Of a stretch of DNA of 64,000 nt, positions 9,754 through 19,054 are shown one piece after another. This stretch comes from a virus (lineage: Duplodnaviria > Caudoviricetes). A program made the position numbers and the translations under genes. The stretch covers positions 1 through 64,000 of IMG/VR virus record IMGVR_UViG_3300009158_002556. The stretch is one strand, 5' to 3'. The notes under the pieces are model-generated. The model was given only the letters and a program-made list of their open reading frames with translations, made no database searches and was not told the DNA's origin. How positions within the stretch are numbered: the first letter of the stretch is position 1; each line of letters begins with the position of its first letter.

Positions 9754-11202
9754 TTATACCTCTTTGAGGGCCAAAGAGGGTAAACCTTGTCCCATACTAT
9801 GTTCATATAGTATTGCAGCAGTAGATTGATTAAATGGAATATTTAAAGTATTTCTAACTCGGGTTTCCAAATCATCTCTCATTTTAACAATTTCATCAGA
9901 CTTCAAAAAATCAGTATATACATAACTTACATAATTTTGTCCTGGTACACCTTTATAAAAGTTACTGGTTGTTGTATAGTCCAAAGTTTTGCTATAGAGA
10001 TTATCTCCTGTCTTCTCAACAGTGTACTTGTAAATATTCTCTCCAATCTCTATAGACTTATCATAATAAGGAGTACCTGGATATGGTGTGATTACGGTAC
10101 AATCAAAATCATCAGTTCCATTCTTAATCAAGAAGTCCGCAACATCATTGATAGTTTGTTCACTTTCACCTGGATGGCCCACACTCATCAGTGACTTAAT
10201 CTTGAGTCCATACTTCTTACATTTCTCGATAACTTTTACATTATCATCGTAAGTAGCTTTTTTATTGATGTTCTGTAAGATACGATCATTGCCAGCCTCA
10301 AATCCACAAAGCAACCATCTAAATCCGGCTTCATACATCAACTTGGCTTGTGTATCAGTAAACAATTCACTTTTAACAAACCCTCTCAATCTAAACTCCA
10401 CACCCAATTTTTGTTGTAACTTAATCAAGTCAGTCAACAAAGATTCAAATTGTTTATTTACATTGAGTTCATCATCATAAAACATGAACCCTTCTAACCC
10501 ATACTCTTTATGTAAGAACTCAATTTCATGTAAAATATTATGACCACTACGAGTACGAATTCTTCTCAACGAATTACTTAGTCTACCACCACAAAATCCA
10601 CAATTAAATGGACATCCCAATTGTGCTATAATACTCGTTGCCTTCTTACCATCAATAGTATAATGATATGACTCAAGATCAATCAGTTCTCTAGCAGGAT
10701 ATGGTAATATTTCATAATCCTCGTTGGTTAAGAAATATTGTTGTTTTGGATCATCACCATCAATAAATCTTTGTGTTGTTTCTATTGCTGGAAAAATAGC
10801 CTTCTCACCATCACCACTTACTAAACAATCAAAATGTTCTTCCAATACATTTTTGTTCATTGTAGAACGTTTGTTTGGATTGTTCTTATAAGCCGCATAC
10901 ACCAAAGTAACATGTGGACCACCCAATACAACTCTACTATTTGGTTTATGTTTCTTGATTAAATCTTTAATCTTAATTGAGTGTGGAAGTTGTGGTGTAG
11001 TTGCTGTAATGCAAAAGATGTTAGAATCTTTTTGCTTTAAATAAGAATCCATCACATCCAAGTAGTTTTTTATACCACTTAAATCTAATACGTTCAATTC
11101 ATATTTGGATTGTAGTACAGCTGCAATTTTGAGTAAACCCAAACTTGGAAACACTCTTTCATCTAACAAAAATGGGGATGGTGGTATAATCAGTGTTATC
11201 AT
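9754..11202 (-). CDS. B12-binding-domain radical SAM protein (class B methyltransferase-like)
   Basis: PSLGLLKIAAVL, TATTPQ, VVLGGPHVT (cobalamin domain); CPFNCGFC at about 10591-10614; FYDDEL, GFEAGNDRILQNINK, TPYPGTPYY. Confidence 0.88.
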   Translation of the reverse strand: MITLIIPPSPFLLDERVFPSLGLLKIAAVLQSKYELNVLDLSGIKNYLDVMDSYLKQKDSNIFCITATTPQLPHSIKIKDLIKKHKPNSRVVLGGPHVTLVYAAYKNNPNKRSTMNKNVLEEHFDCLVSGDGEKAIFPAIETTQRFIDGDDPKQQYFLTNEDYEILPYPARELIDLESYHYTIDGKKATSIIAQLGCPFNCGFCGGRLSNSLRRIRTRSGHNILHEIEFLHKEYGLEGFMFYDDELNVNKQFESLLTDLIKLQQKLGVEFRLRGFVKSELFTDTQAKLMYEAGFRWLLCGFEAGNDRILQNINKKATYDDNVKVIEKCKKYGLKIKSLMSVGHPGESEQTINDVADFLIKNGTDDFDCTVITPYPGTPYYDKSIEIGENIYKYTVEKTGDNLYSKTLDYTTTSNFYKGVPGQNYVSYVYTDFLKSDEIVKMRDDLETRVRNTLNIPFNQSTAAILYEHSMGQGLPSLALKEV

Positions 11203-11219
11203 AACAATTTCAACATCGG

Positions 11220-11408
11220 TTAATTTACAACTTCAACTTTGCATTGCTTTTTATTAAAAAATCCTTCATCGATTAAATATTTGACTACAAAATCACATTG
11301 TGGTCTAAATTCCATCATATCCAAATCACTTGGTTTCCATATACGTATGGTCTTGGAATCTTTGACGAGAAATTTAATCCCGTGGATTTTTCCAGTATAA
11401 TTTTTCAT
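11220..11408 (-). CDS. small hypothetical protein
   Basis: MKNYTGKIHGIKF...; TATTTATA 4 nt upstream of ATG 11408. Confidence 0.6.
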   Translation of the reverse strand: MKNYTGKIHGIKFLVKDSKTIRIWKPSDLDMMEFRPQCDFVVKYLIDEGFFNKKQCKVEVVN

Positions 11409-11442
11409 ATAGTATAAATAGTGATGTTCAACCACGATAGTT

Positions 11443-11478
11443 ATTTTAACTTGTAAAAAAACAAAGTCAAGTTATGAT
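11443..11478. promoter_or_regulatory. overlapping divergent sigma70-like promoters
   Basis: Minus strand TTGACT-N16-TAAAAT; plus strand TTGTAA-N16-TATGAT ending 6 nt before ATG 11485. Confidence 0.4.
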
Positions 11479-11484
11479 TTACAT

Positions 11485-11994
11485 ATGAAAGATAATAGTA
11501 GTTTTAATAATTGGTTTTTACAAGGTGTGTATTGGGTCGCTAGTAAATCTAAAGATCCCAAAACCAAGATTGGTGCAATCCTTGTAAAAGATCGCAGGAT
11601 TATATCTACTGGATATAATGGTATTCCAATGGAAGTAGACGATTCTATAAATGAGCGTCATCAACGACCGGAAAAATACAAGTGGTATGAACATGGTGAA
11701 CGCAATGCTATCTATGCGGCTGCTAGATATGGTATCAACACAGAAGGATCCACATTATATACCAACGCTTTACCATGCGCTGATTGTGCTAGAGGTATAA
11801 TTCAAAGTGGTATCAAGGAAGTATACATACATAAACAATTCAATGATTTATGTGACGTTGCTCAAAGAGAACACTGGAAGGGTCATGACAATGTTACATT
11901 TACTATGCTCAATGAAGCTGATGTAAAAATCTTTGCAGTAGACACAGAATTGGGATGTAAAGCTTATTTTGATGGAAAAGAATACAACATATGA
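11485..11994 (+). CDS. dCMP deaminase
   Basis: SKDPKTKIGA, STGYNG, HGERNAI, LPCADCARGII zinc-deaminase motifs. Confidence 0.9.
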   Translation: MKDNSSFNNWFLQGVYWVASKSKDPKTKIGAILVKDRRIISTGYNGIPMEVDDSINERHQRPEKYKWYEHGERNAIYAAARYGINTEGSTLYTNALPCADCARGIIQSGIKEVYIHKQFNDLCDVAQREHWKGHDNVTFTMLNEADVKIFAVDTELGCKAYFDGKEYNI

Positions 11995-12485
11995 GACCTG
12001 AATTACAAAACTATTTATTAAAAAAGTTTCCAAAACTTTATACTGATTGTGGAGATCAAAAACCATTTACCCAATTTGGATTTGAGTGTGACGATGGCTG
12101 GTTCAGACTTATTCTTTGGTTAAGTCGATATCTTCAAGACTATATTGACCAACAAAACCAATGGTCAGAAAAATATCCAGACCAATATCTTCCGGTAAAA
12201 CAAATCAAAGTTGCGCAAGTTAAAGAAAAGTTTGCAACACTTAGATTTTACGTTGATGGTGGTAATGAAAGAACTCAGTCTATAGTTTCATTTGTAGAGT
12301 ATATGTCTGGATATATATGTGAACGTTCCGGTAGAACTGATGATATAGTAGTTAATTCAAAAGGATGGAACAAAACTCAACACATTAGTTTTGCTAAGAA
12401 GGGGGATAGTCTTAATTATGTAGATGATCCAGAACTTAGATCACTATTAAAAGAAGATCCGAACCAATTAAAATTCAAACTATGA
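11991..12485 (+). CDS. conserved phage hypothetical protein
   Basis: FECDDGWF and QVKEKFATLRFY motifs; ATGA coupling at both ends. Confidence 0.7.
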   Translation: MRPELQNYLLKKFPKLYTDCGDQKPFTQFGFECDDGWFRLILWLSRYLQDYIDQQNQWSEKYPDQYLPVKQIKVAQVKEKFATLRFYVDGGNERTQSIVSFVEYMSGYICERSGRTDDIVVNSKGWNKTQHISFAKKGDSLNYVDDPELRSLLKEDPNQLKFKL

Positions 12486-13525
12486 AAGATATTATCATAA
12501 TCAATGCTTATCCAAACAATGATTTTAAAATATCACTGTTGGAACAACAACTTTTTAACTTCAAACAATTGGGGATTAAAATAATGGTTGTATCTGGATG
12601 TGATGTTCCGGAAAAACTACGATCAAGCATAGATTATCTTGTAATAAACACGGACAATATCAGAATTGATAAAGATCACACATATAAGTGTATGGTTGAA
12701 TTGAAAATGAAAGATACGGCATACTTGCACACGGTGTTCCATAATTGTGCATACGGCACATTTGGCAGTCATATGAATGTAACCATTTGTAAAAACATAA
12801 AATTATCATTTAAAATGGCACAAATGTTGGGATATAAAAACGCATTTTACACAGAAGATGATAACATATTCAAACCAGGATCTTTTGATTTAATTCGTGA
12901 ATTTTTTTCTCAATTAAACAATAATGAATATAAATTAATTAGTGTAATAGGCGATCTATCTGATACTAAATGTATTTATACTACGTTTTTTGCAACAAAT
13001 ATTGATTTTTTATTGGAAAAATTTACAATACCAGATACCAAAGAGGGATATTATGATGTTAATAATATAATCAAATATCGTCTCAATAAACCACTTGAGG
13101 TTAGTTTTTATCATATATTACAAGATAATATTCATGAAATTAGAAGTATAGACGTTGAATTAAATAATTTAATATCTCAAAACTACGCTGAATGTAATAA
13201 GTCTCAACGAAATACTACAAGAGAGTGGGTGTATGATAGTCTTATTAAAATACTTGTAAAAGAAAATGGACTTAAATATATTATTATCCACAATTTATCA
13301 TATTGCATTCCAGAAGAATTGAGAGAAACATTTCATGTGGAAATATATTTTGATGATGTGATTGTATCAAAAGAAATAATACCACCATGTGTTGCGTTTT
13401 ATAATTCCATAAGTAATGATGTTAAGAAAGTAAGGGTAAAAATATTGGATAAATTCGAACGTGAATTAGATACCGATTATAATACAATTAAATACAATGG
13501 AATATTTTGGTCAGACTACTTATAA
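12482..13525 (+). CDS. putative glycosyltransferase-like protein (family B member 3)
   Basis: MKDIIIINAYP...LGIKIMVVSG...YKNAFYTEDD; same architecture as 7179 and 8215. Confidence 0.5.
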   Translation: MKDIIIINAYPNNDFKISLLEQQLFNFKQLGIKIMVVSGCDVPEKLRSSIDYLVINTDNIRIDKDHTYKCMVELKMKDTAYLHTVFHNCAYGTFGSHMNVTICKNIKLSFKMAQMLGYKNAFYTEDDNIFKPGSFDLIREFFSQLNNNEYKLISVIGDLSDTKCIYTTFFATNIDFLLEKFTIPDTKEGYYDVNNIIKYRLNKPLEVSFYHILQDNIHEIRSIDVELNNLISQNYAECNKSQRNTTREWVYDSLIKILVKENGLKYIIIHNLSYCIPEELRETFHVEIYFDDVIVSKEIIPPCVAFYNSISNDVKKVRVKILDKFERELDTDYNTIKYNGIFWSDYL

Positions 13526-13530
13526 GTAAT

Positions 13531-14139
13531 ATGCTTTATTCTCGCTATAAAAATGAATCACCGGTTTATGATGAAGAAGAAATCGTTACTACCAAATCAA
13601 AAATCCCACAACAAATAAATGGTAATGAAATTTATTTTTATAGTCAAGTAGACTTAGAAAGCGTATACAATCTTAATAGAAGTCTTAGTGATTTGGAAAA
13701 ACAAATGTTAATCACCCAAATCAACCTCGGATTAGATACACCCCCACCCGTAAAATTGTTTATTAATAGTGATGGTGGAGAAATATTCTCAGCCTTTACA
13801 ACCGTTGATCGTATTAAAGCATCAAGAGTACCTATATACACATATGTAGAAGGCATAAGTGCTTCAGCCGCAACACTGATTAGTGTGTGTGGCAAAAGAA
13901 GATTTATAGGACAAAACGGTGTTATGTTAGTTCATCAGTTAAGAAGTTGGTGTGGTGGTACACATGAAACATTCAAGGATGAATTCAAAAACCTTGAATT
14001 GTTGTCAGAAAAAGTAAAGAAAATCTACTTGGAACATACCAAGTTTACAAGCGCTGATTTGGAAGAAATGTTAAAACATGATATTTATCTATCATCAAAT
14101 GACTGCTTAAAATACGGATTGGTTGACGAAATCATTTAA
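13531..14139 (+). CDS. clpP: ClpP-like serine protease
   Basis: INSDGGEIFSA, GISASAAT (Ser), MLVHQ (His), KHDIYLS (Asp), YGLVDEII; start moved to 13531, 6 nt after TACTTATA. Confidence 0.8.
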   Translation: MLYSRYKNESPVYDEEEIVTTKSKIPQQINGNEIYFYSQVDLESVYNLNRSLSDLEKQMLITQINLGLDTPPPVKLFINSDGGEIFSAFTTVDRIKASRVPIYTYVEGISASAATLISVCGKRRFIGQNGVMLVHQLRSWCGGTHETFKDEFKNLELLSEKVKKIYLEHTKFTSADLEEMLKHDIYLSSNDCLKYGLVDEII

Positions 14140-14158
14140 CTACTTATTAGTAGATTAA

Positions 14159-14488
14159 ATGACAAATACTAGAAATAAAGAAGGATATTTATATATCATA
14201 AGTAATAATAACTTTCCAGGTTATTATAAAGTTGGCGTTACTAGCGATATAAAGTCAAGGTTACGTACATATCAAACCGCGTCTCCACTTCGTAACTATA
14301 AAATTGAATATTATATTAATCACTCGGATTGTTACGAAGCAGAAAAACAGATATCTAAAAAACTTCGTTACTTTGCTACTGAAATAAAAAATGAATGGTT
14401 TAAATGTGACTTGGAAATCGTTAAAGGACGACTAGACGAAAGTTTGGACAAAGAAGAAAATATTTTATTTGATTTGTACAAAAAGTGA
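14159..14488 (+). CDS. GIY-YIG-like (T5orf172-type) nuclease domain protein
   Basis: GYLYII...YKVGVT...RL..YQT...E..I...NEWF. Confidence 0.8.
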   Translation: MTNTRNKEGYLYIISNNNFPGYYKVGVTSDIKSRLRTYQTASPLRNYKIEYYINHSDCYEAEKQISKKLRYFATEIKNEWFKCDLEIVKGRLDESLDKEENILFDLYKK

Positions 14489-14505
14489 GGTAATATAGAG
14501 AAGTT

Positions 14506-15150
14506 ATGACTGGAATCGAAAACAAACTGATCTGTCTGAATCTTAATGCTAACTGGCAACCAATTGGCTTTAAGACCGTTAAAGACGCAATCGTAGATCT
14601 ATGTGGATGTGATGTTGGTGGAAAACCAGCTACACTCGCATTGGACATTGATTATAACATTGACGATTTTGGCGATCCAATTCTCACCGAACCAAAGACC
14701 ATGAACCCTGTTTCTTGGACTGAATGGTTGTCATTGCCAGTACGTCCTTGGGATCTAAGCATCAATAGCGCACATATGAAGGTTCGTGTTCCAACAGTTA
14801 TCATTGCTGTTAATTTCAGCAAGATGCCTGTAAAGCAATTCAAAAACAAGCCAAGCAAGGATGCGATCTATGTACGTGATGGTGGTATTGACCAATACAC
14901 TGGTAAAAAACTAGATCGTAACATTGCAACGGTAGACCACGTTATTCCTCGTAGCAAAGGTGGTGGTGATACTTGGGAAAATCTTGTGTTGTGTTCAAAA
15001 GACATTAACTCAAAAAAAGGTAATCGTTACAACAACGAAGTTGGTTTGAAGTTGTTAAAAAACCCAACTGCACCACAACCAGTTCCAGTGTATGCTTTGA
15101 TCAAAGATGCTCGACACGTTGATTGGCAACATTTTTTGATCAAAAATTAA
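14506..15150 (+). CDS. HNH endonuclease
   Basis: RDGGIDQYTG, TVDHVIPRSKGGGDTWENLV, NSKKGN. Confidence 0.88.
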   Translation: MTGIENKLICLNLNANWQPIGFKTVKDAIVDLCGCDVGGKPATLALDIDYNIDDFGDPILTEPKTMNPVSWTEWLSLPVRPWDLSINSAHMKVRVPTVIIAVNFSKMPVKQFKNKPSKDAIYVRDGGIDQYTGKKLDRNIATVDHVIPRSKGGGDTWENLVLCSKDINSKKGNRYNNEVGLKLLKNPTAPQPVPVYALIKDARHVDWQHFLIKN

Positions 15151-15165
15151 AAAAATGTAATATTT

Positions 15166-15210
15166 GGACAGGCATAAAATAGTTAATATAAGATACTTTT
15201 ATGCCTGTCC
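15166..15210. repeat. perfect 14-bp inverted repeat (hairpin), 17-nt loop
   Basis: GGACAGGCATAAAA (15166-15179) and TTTTATGCCTGTCC (15197-15210). Confidence 0.9.
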
Positions 15211-15371
15211 TTAAAAACAAGACCTTTAACATAAACATTGATGGTCAAATCATCGAATTAAGCGGTGAAAGTATTTCATTTTTTTTAAAAGAAACCCGAA
15301 GAAAGTTTGCAACCAAAAAGTCTTTGGAAAAGTTTTACGTAAATCTATCTAAGATTTTTATACAAGGTTAA
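15201..15371 (+). CDS. small hypothetical protein (56 aa, below ORF-track cutoff)
   Basis: MPVLKNKTFNINIDGQIIELSGESISFFLKETRRKFATKKSLEKFYVNLSKIFIQG*; fills an otherwise empty gap. Confidence 0.55.
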   Translation: MPVLKNKTFNINIDGQIIELSGESISFFLKETRRKFATKKSLEKFYVNLSKIFIQG

Positions 15372-15397
15372 CTACATCATCTATATTTATATATAAT

Positions 15398-15994
15398 ATG
15401 ACGATTTACCAAAAATATGAAAGCCAGATTAATGAAGCCTATACCGGCGGATTACGTGCTTGGTTTGGTAAAGGATCAGTAGGAAGCACTAGTGGAGGAG
15501 GTTGGGATAGATATGATAGTACTGGCAAAAAGGCTGGTAAATGTGGTGATGCTAAACAAGGTAGTAGTTATAGTGCATGTTTAGGCAAAAAGTACGTTGC
15601 AAGAATAAGAGCCAAAGGTGGTAAAAAAGCAATTGCCAATTGGGTAAAGAAAAAAAAGTCAGCTCAAAGATCCGCAGGTAGAGGTGAAAAAGGTAGTGGT
15701 AGTAAAGGTCAATCACCAGTAAGAGTAAGTTACAAAGAAGAATTAAGCGAAATATTTGTAATTGCTCAAAAACAAGGTCTTAAAAAAGATTTAATCGATT
15801 TTTTAAGACAAGAGTTTCAAAATGGTAATTTAAAAGCAGTTCATGGTGGTATAAGTGCCACAGAGTTTAAGCCAGATGATTGGTTAGAAAGTATTGCGGA
15901 TCATGCAATCAATCATATGATTCAGTACTTTGAAACTATACGTAGTCAAACTGAACGTAATATTTATTCCACAGTTCCTATAGTCAGTAATTAA
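15398..15994 (+). CDS. basic Gly/Lys-rich putative virion (internal head) protein
   Basis: INE-AYTGGLRAWFG...GKCG...YSAC...; TATTTATA at 15384-15391. Confidence 0.55.
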   Translation: MTIYQKYESQINEAYTGGLRAWFGKGSVGSTSGGGWDRYDSTGKKAGKCGDAKQGSSYSACLGKKYVARIRAKGGKKAIANWVKKKKSAQRSAGRGEKGSGSKGQSPVRVSYKEELSEIFVIAQKQGLKKDLIDFLRQEFQNGNLKAVHGGISATEFKPDDWLESIADHAINHMIQYFETIRSQTERNIYSTVPIVSN

Positions 15995-16059
15995 CAATAT
16001 AATATTGAAAGTAGTTGAATTAGTTATATTTATATGGTATATAAGGATACATACTATAT

Positions 16060-16359
16060 ATGAATTATTACATTAAAGACACTACAATCAATCAGATTGT
16101 ATATAAAAACAACGTAAATGAAGTAGTTAACTACTTAGAAGAACTTTGCAAAAAAGTTCATAAGAAAACCAGAAAGTCATTTATGGATGATATGGCTAAC
16201 TTAGGTTATGGTTATGATGATCCTCAAGGCATTTACTTCACTGAACTAATGATAGAAAAATTTGATGTGGGTTTACGTCGTAAAGATGGTCGTCATGTTA
16301 GATCCAATATTCATGAACATGCTCGTAACGTTAAATACAGAAACGAAATGGGTGACTAA
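16060..16359 (+). CDS. hypothetical protein
   Basis: ORF track; stop 2 nt before the helicase start. Confidence 0.65.
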   Translation: MNYYIKDTTINQIVYKNNVNEVVNYLEELCKKVHKKTRKSFMDDMANLGYGYDDPQGIYFTELMIEKFDVGLRRKDGRHVRSNIHEHARNVKYRNEMGD

Positions 16360-16361
16360 TT

Positions 16362-17969
16362 ATGATAAATTTGGATATCAAGTGGTCAGATCCAATTCAA
16401 ATAGAAAAAAATGGAGAAGTAACATTTATTCGTGAATGGAAAATACCTTCTCAATACTTAAACCAATTCTTTGTTTATTGGAAAGTAAATAAGTTAAGCC
16501 TCAAAGACAAAGGTTATAGTGTTACCAAAAAAGAAAACGATTGGGTTCTGACCGAAACTAACGATAATCCAACACTCTTTAAAGAAAAAGCCGTTAAGAA
16601 ACAAAAGTCGGATGAACCACTTCCACTCTATGAAGTAGTTAAACAAGATGGTTTGCGTCCATGGCAAGTAGGTGCTGTTGGTAAAGTCGTATCCTCACTT
16701 AACAAATGGGGTGCAGCCGTTGATGGTAGTGACGTAGGCATTGGCAAAACATATACAGCCTGTGGTGTTGCACGTGAATTAAACATGGATATATTGGTTG
16801 TATGTCCAAAAGCAGTAAAAGAAAGTTGGAAACGTGTAATCAAAAATCACTTCAAGATGTGGGGTAAATGTGTGGGTATTGTTAACTATGAAGCATTACG
16901 TATGGGTAAATCTGACAATGTAATTGCATCATATGTCAAAAGAAGAGATACCAGACGTAAAGAATTTGTTTGGAAAATACCAAAAAATACTCTTATTGTT
17001 TGGGATGAAGCACAAAAACTAAAAAACGCCAAGACCAAGAATAGTGAAACTTGTATGGCCGCACTCAAAGCTGGATACAAGATGTTGTTTTGCAGTGCTA
17101 CTATGGCAACCAATCCACTGGAGTTAAGAACAGTGGGACAATGTATTCAGTTGTTTAAGAACAGCAAGCAATATTATGAATGGGCCTATGCACATGGAGT
17201 TGTAAGAGGTAGATTTGGCATGGAATTTACAGGCGATAAAAAATCGTTAGCCAAACTAAGCAGTGACATTTTTATAAATAGAGGTGTTCGTCTTAATCGT
17301 GATACCATACCTAACTTTCCAGAAAGTCAAATTACAGCGGAATGTTATGAAATGGAAAAAGAGGATCAAGACAAAATTAATAAAGCATATGGAGAAATGC
17401 AATTGGAGTTGTTAAAAATTGAAAAACAACTCAAAAAAGACAAGGGTCAAACCCAAATGGTTGCAATGCTTCGTGCTAGACAAAAAGTTGAAATGTTTAA
17501 AGTACCTCTCATTATAGAAATGGCCGAAGAAGGTATTGAGAATGGTATGAGTGTGGTTATATTCTGTAATTTTACCGAAACTATCAATGCATTATCAGAT
17601 AGACTCAAGACCAAATGTATTGTCAATGGTGTTGTATCAGATAAAGATAGACAACAAGCTGTTGATGATTTTCAATCGGATAAAAGTAGAATAATACTTG
17701 TCAATATCGCAGCCGGCGGTGCAGGATTAAATTTACACGATTTAAATGGTAATTTTCCAAGATTGTCGTTAATATGTCCTTCGTACTCGGCTGTATTGAT
17801 GCGACAATCCACAGGAAGAGTATGGCGTGATAGTGCTAAAACAAAGAGTATACAAAAGATTGTATTCGTGGCAAATACGGTCGAAGAACAAGTCTGTAAT
17901 AGTGTAAATCAGAAACTAAGCAACCTAGATCTATTAAATGATGGAGATTTGAATTATGGCAAAAACTAA
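16362..17969 (+). CDS. superfamily 2 (SNF2/DEAD-like) helicase
   Basis: DVGIGKT (Walker A), WDEAQK, CSAT, VVIFCNF, AGGAGLNL, QSTGRVWR. Confidence 0.88.
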   Translation: MINLDIKWSDPIQIEKNGEVTFIREWKIPSQYLNQFFVYWKVNKLSLKDKGYSVTKKENDWVLTETNDNPTLFKEKAVKKQKSDEPLPLYEVVKQDGLRPWQVGAVGKVVSSLNKWGAAVDGSDVGIGKTYTACGVARELNMDILVVCPKAVKESWKRVIKNHFKMWGKCVGIVNYEALRMGKSDNVIASYVKRRDTRRKEFVWKIPKNTLIVWDEAQKLKNAKTKNSETCMAALKAGYKMLFCSATMATNPLELRTVGQCIQLFKNSKQYYEWAYAHGVVRGRFGMEFTGDKKSLAKLSSDIFINRGVRLNRDTIPNFPESQITAECYEMEKEDQDKINKAYGEMQLELLKIEKQLKKDKGQTQMVAMLRARQKVEMFKVPLIIEMAEEGIENGMSVVIFCNFTETINALSDRLKTKCIVNGVVSDKDRQQAVDDFQSDKSRIILVNIAAGGAGLNLHDLNGNFPRLSLICPSYSAVLMRQSTGRVWRDSAKTKSIQKIVFVANTVEEQVCNSVNQKLSNLDLLNDGDLNYGKN

Positions 17970-18306
17970 AACAATAAAGTTTAATGTAAGTTCCGCTAAT
18001 TGGAAAATGAATGTTGATATAGACCCAGACATTTTTGATGATGCATATGTAGAAGCATGTACCAGAGCTGTTGAGATGAAATCAAGTTCAATTCATATGA
18101 CCGAAGAAGATTTTCTGGTTAATCCAGTTATAATGTGCAAACCAATAAAATTGTCTGATGGTAAATCCAAGTATATCAATACATACAAAGTTTTATTAAA
18201 TGCCAGTATGTTTGTACGAGCCGAAATTCTTAGGAAAATATTTGAAAGTACAACTAATGTAGACTTAGCAAAAGAACCACTATCAGCATCTTTAAAAAAT
18301 GACTAA
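17956..18306 (+). CDS. hypothetical protein, similar to 9298..9753
   Basis: ANWKMNVD...EACTRAVE...LLNAS. Confidence 0.65.
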   Translation: MAKTKTIKFNVSSANWKMNVDIDPDIFDDAYVEACTRAVEMKSSSIHMTEEDFLVNPVIMCKPIKLSDGKSKYINTYKVLLNASMFVRAEILRKIFESTTNVDLAKEPLSASLKND

Positions 18307-19054
18307 CGAAAATCCATCTTACAATTTTGAATTAATTAACAAAAAATTAGCAGAACTTGATGCCTTAAAGGAAAAAATAGAAAAGTTATATAGTTTAAGT
18401 GAGATTGGTGATGATGTTAGACGAGAACTAGATGAATACAAAGTCCTTCGTGAAAAAGGTGTAAACATTCCACATCTAGAAAAAGAGTTTGCTGATCAGA
18501 TATATCCAAGTAGAGGTGGCAGAAGTAAAAAGAATAAACCAATTGTTGAGTCGGAAATTAAAGAAGCATTAGAAAAGTCTACATCAGCCAGAAAAGCAGC
18601 AAAACGATTGGGTGTTAGTTATCAAACATTTAAAACATACGCAAAGAAGTATGGTGTACATAAAACACCAGGATGGCCACCAACCAAGAAAAACTTTGTG
18701 AACAGAGTATTGGTTGACCCCAATAAAGGTAAGTATCCAATTCAAGATGTGTTGGATGGCAAATATCCAAACTTTCCAGTACATCGATTAAAAGATAAAC
18801 TGGTTAGATCCAATATCAAAAAAGCAGAATGTGAACAATGTGGTTTTCATGAACGTAGAATTACAGATGGTAAACTACCACTATTGGTAAACTTTGAAGA
18901 TGGTAATAAACACAATCATGCATTGGCCAATCTAAAATTGTTGTGTTATAATTGTACATTCACCAGTGGTAAAGGATACATAAGTAGAGGGCCAAAGATA
19001 TTTGACCCAGATATACTACAAGATAGTAAAAAGATTCTTAAACAAAGGTTTTAG
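18299..19054 (+). CDS. HTH plus degenerate HNH-like zinc-binding protein
   Basis: SARKAAKRLGVSYQTF (HTH); CEQC...DGNKHNHALANLKLLCYNC. Confidence 0.7.
   Translation: MTNENPSYNFELINKKLAELDALKEKIEKLYSLSEIGDDVRRELDEYKVLREKGVNIPHLEKEFADQIYPSRGGRSKKNKPIVESEIKEALEKSTSARKAAKRLGVSYQTFKTYAKKYGVHKTPGWPPTKKNFVNRVLVDPNKGKYPIQDVLDGKYPNFPVHRLKDKLVRSNIKKAECEQCGFHERRITDGKLPLLVNFEDGNKHNHALANLKLLCYNCTFTSGKGYISRGPKIFDPDILQDSKKILKQRF

Noticed and set aside
15166-15210. Rho-independent terminator call for the 14-bp hairpin
   Set aside because: No U-tract after the stem on either strand and a 17-nt loop; kept as a regulatory hairpin instead
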